From Stegostoma tigrinum (taxonomy: Eukaryota), in contig NC_081379.1 in the NCBI RefSeq assembly GCF_030684315.1, positions 21,730,637 through 21,794,636 on the forward strand: a stretch of 64,000 nt of DNA, written 5' to 3'. Both the position numbers and the translations under genes were made by a program. The notes under the pieces are model-generated. The model made no database searches. It had not been told where the DNA came from and worked only from the letters and a program-made list of their open reading frames with translations. Shown piece after piece: positions 62,294 through 64,000 of the stretch. Each line of letters begins with the position of its first letter. Positions within the stretch are counted from its first letter, which is position 1.

Positions 62294-63430
62294 ATAACAG
62301 CACATGACAGGTACTGCACTAGGCTTGTAAAAACAATTAGTCAACCTGGTGAAGCGCAAACACCATTCCAACGCACATATTTGTGTGCCAAACAACACAA
62401 GCAGCTAATGAGACACAGAGCAAAGCAATTCCACAACTAACAGATCGATTATAATCTGTGCAGTCCTCTACATCCAGTTATAAATGATGGTGGACCATCA
62501 AACAGCTCACCGGAGGCAGAGACTTCGTAAATGTTGAAACCAGCACATCACTGCAAAAGACAAGGCTGAAGCATTACCAAGCATCTTCAGCCAGAAGAGC
62601 TGAAAAGATAATCTATCTTGAACTCCTATTGAGGTCTTCAGAATCACAGATGCCAATCTTCAACCAAATCAATTCACCCCAAGTGATACCAAGAAACGAT
62701 TGAAGTCACTGAATACTGCAAAGGCAATGGGTCCTGAAAACATTCTGGCATCGGTACTGAGTTTGTGCTTCAGAAGCATCCTTAGCCAAACTGTTCCAGA
62801 TTAGTTACAACACTGGAATCTGCCTGGCAATGTGTTAAATTGTCCAGGTATCTCCTGTCCACAAACAGTATAACAAATCCAACGTGGCCATCTACTATTT
62901 ACTCTACATCAAAGATGTTCTCAACAGTGCTGTAGACTGGCACATTCTCAGTACTAATCTGCTCACTGATGCTCAATTTGGGTTCTACTAAGGCTACCTA
63001 ATTCCTAACTACAATACAGACATGGTCCAAACATATACAAATGAGCTGAATTCAAGATGGAAATTGAGAGGCACTGTCCTCGATATCAATAGAGCAATTG
63101 CCTGAGTTGTAATCGGTAAGTGTCAGCTAACCTGAAGTCAGTAGGAATGAGAGGGATAATTCATACCTAGCACAAAGGAAGTTGTGGTTGTCGGAGGTAA
63201 ATCATCCCAGCCCCAGAACATCACTACTGTAGTTCCTCAAGTGGTAGGTACTACTTCAATTATTTTCTCTCCGCTATAAGGTCAGATGCAGGAAAATTGG
63301 CTGGAGATTTCACAGTATTCAGCACCATTTGTGACTCCTTAGATACTGAAGAAGTCTGTGTCAAAATGCAGTAAAACTTCAACAAACATGCAGATTTCAG
63401 CTAATGTCTGACATATAATATTCACAACAC
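62294..63430 (+). mobile_element. Degenerate LINE ORF2 (RT) fragment
   Basis: KDKAEAL.SIFSQK...ITDANLQP..FTP.D.KKRLKSLNTAKAMGPENI...LAKLFQ.SYNTGI...PVHK...KSN...QFGF, with stops. Confidence 0.85.
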
Positions 63431-63431
63431 G

Positions 63432-64000
63432 CTGAAAATCTGAAATGAATATAGAGAATGCTGAAGAAACTCAGCCGGTTTGGCAGCATGGAGAGAGAAA
63501 CACAGTTAACATTTGAGTCCAGTATGGCACTTGTTCAGAACTGAAAGGTGTTGGAAAATATTTTCTTATAAGCTTTTGACAAAGGCAGAGAGGAGCAAAG
63601 AGGCAGATTGTGGAGAGACCAAATGCAAAAGATGCATTGATTGTTAATAATAATGAAAGAGAAGGGAGGTGTTATTTTGGTGTGAGTTAAGGTGTGAAAG
63701 GGAGAAAATTGGTCTTCTCTACTAAGAGCAAGGTAAACAAGACTGTGGTAGGATAAGAGAGTATACAAAAATGCAAAATAGACATAAAGTAGTCAAATTC
63801 TGAAATTATGGATTCAGTATTGAAATCTTGTGGCTGTAAAGTTCCTAACTGGAAAATGGGGTATTATCCCTCAAGCTTGCTTTATGATTCATTGGAAACT
63901 CACTGCATTGTTTGGGTCAGGCCCGAAGCGTCAGCTTTTGTGCTCCTAAGATGAGGCTTGGCCTGCTGTGTTCGTCCAGCTCCACACTATGTTATCACTG
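63432..64000. mobile_element. Old Penelope 3' end (minus) plus a younger pLTR fragment (63915-64000, plus)
   Basis: gaatgctgaagaaactcagccggtttggcagcat; ggcccgaagcgtcagcttttgtgctcc at the window end. Confidence 0.6.

Overview
Vertebrate genomic DNA, AT-rich and repeat-dense. The repeat families (Penelope/GIY-YIG elements with hammerhead-bearing pLTRs, CR1/L2-type LINEs, tRNA-derived SINEs) look like those of a cartilaginous fish (shark); this is an inference. The only well-supported gene is on the minus strand: the 5' part of an ABC subfamily B half-transporter. I reconstructed a CpG/GC-box promoter (~48870-48915), a non-coding exon 1 and 10 coding exons from 44127 down to 5709. All junctions are GT-AG, phases match throughout, and the 1290 nt give 430 aa with no stops. 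They encode a TAPL/ABCB9-like TMD0 followed by core TM1-TM5; TM6 and the NBD appear to lie beyond the left edge. The core sequence and exon layout do not fit TAP1/TAP2/ABCB9/ABCB8/ABCB10 well and, from memory, resemble Dictyostelium AbcB1-type transporters. The rest is introns and upstream DNA filled with LINE fragments, Penelope elements (several fold-back), a solo LTR, Tigger and Harbinger-like DNA transposons, a promoter-adjacent higher-order minisatellite and a 159-bp inverted duplication. Most ORFs in the supplied track are spurious or TE-derived.
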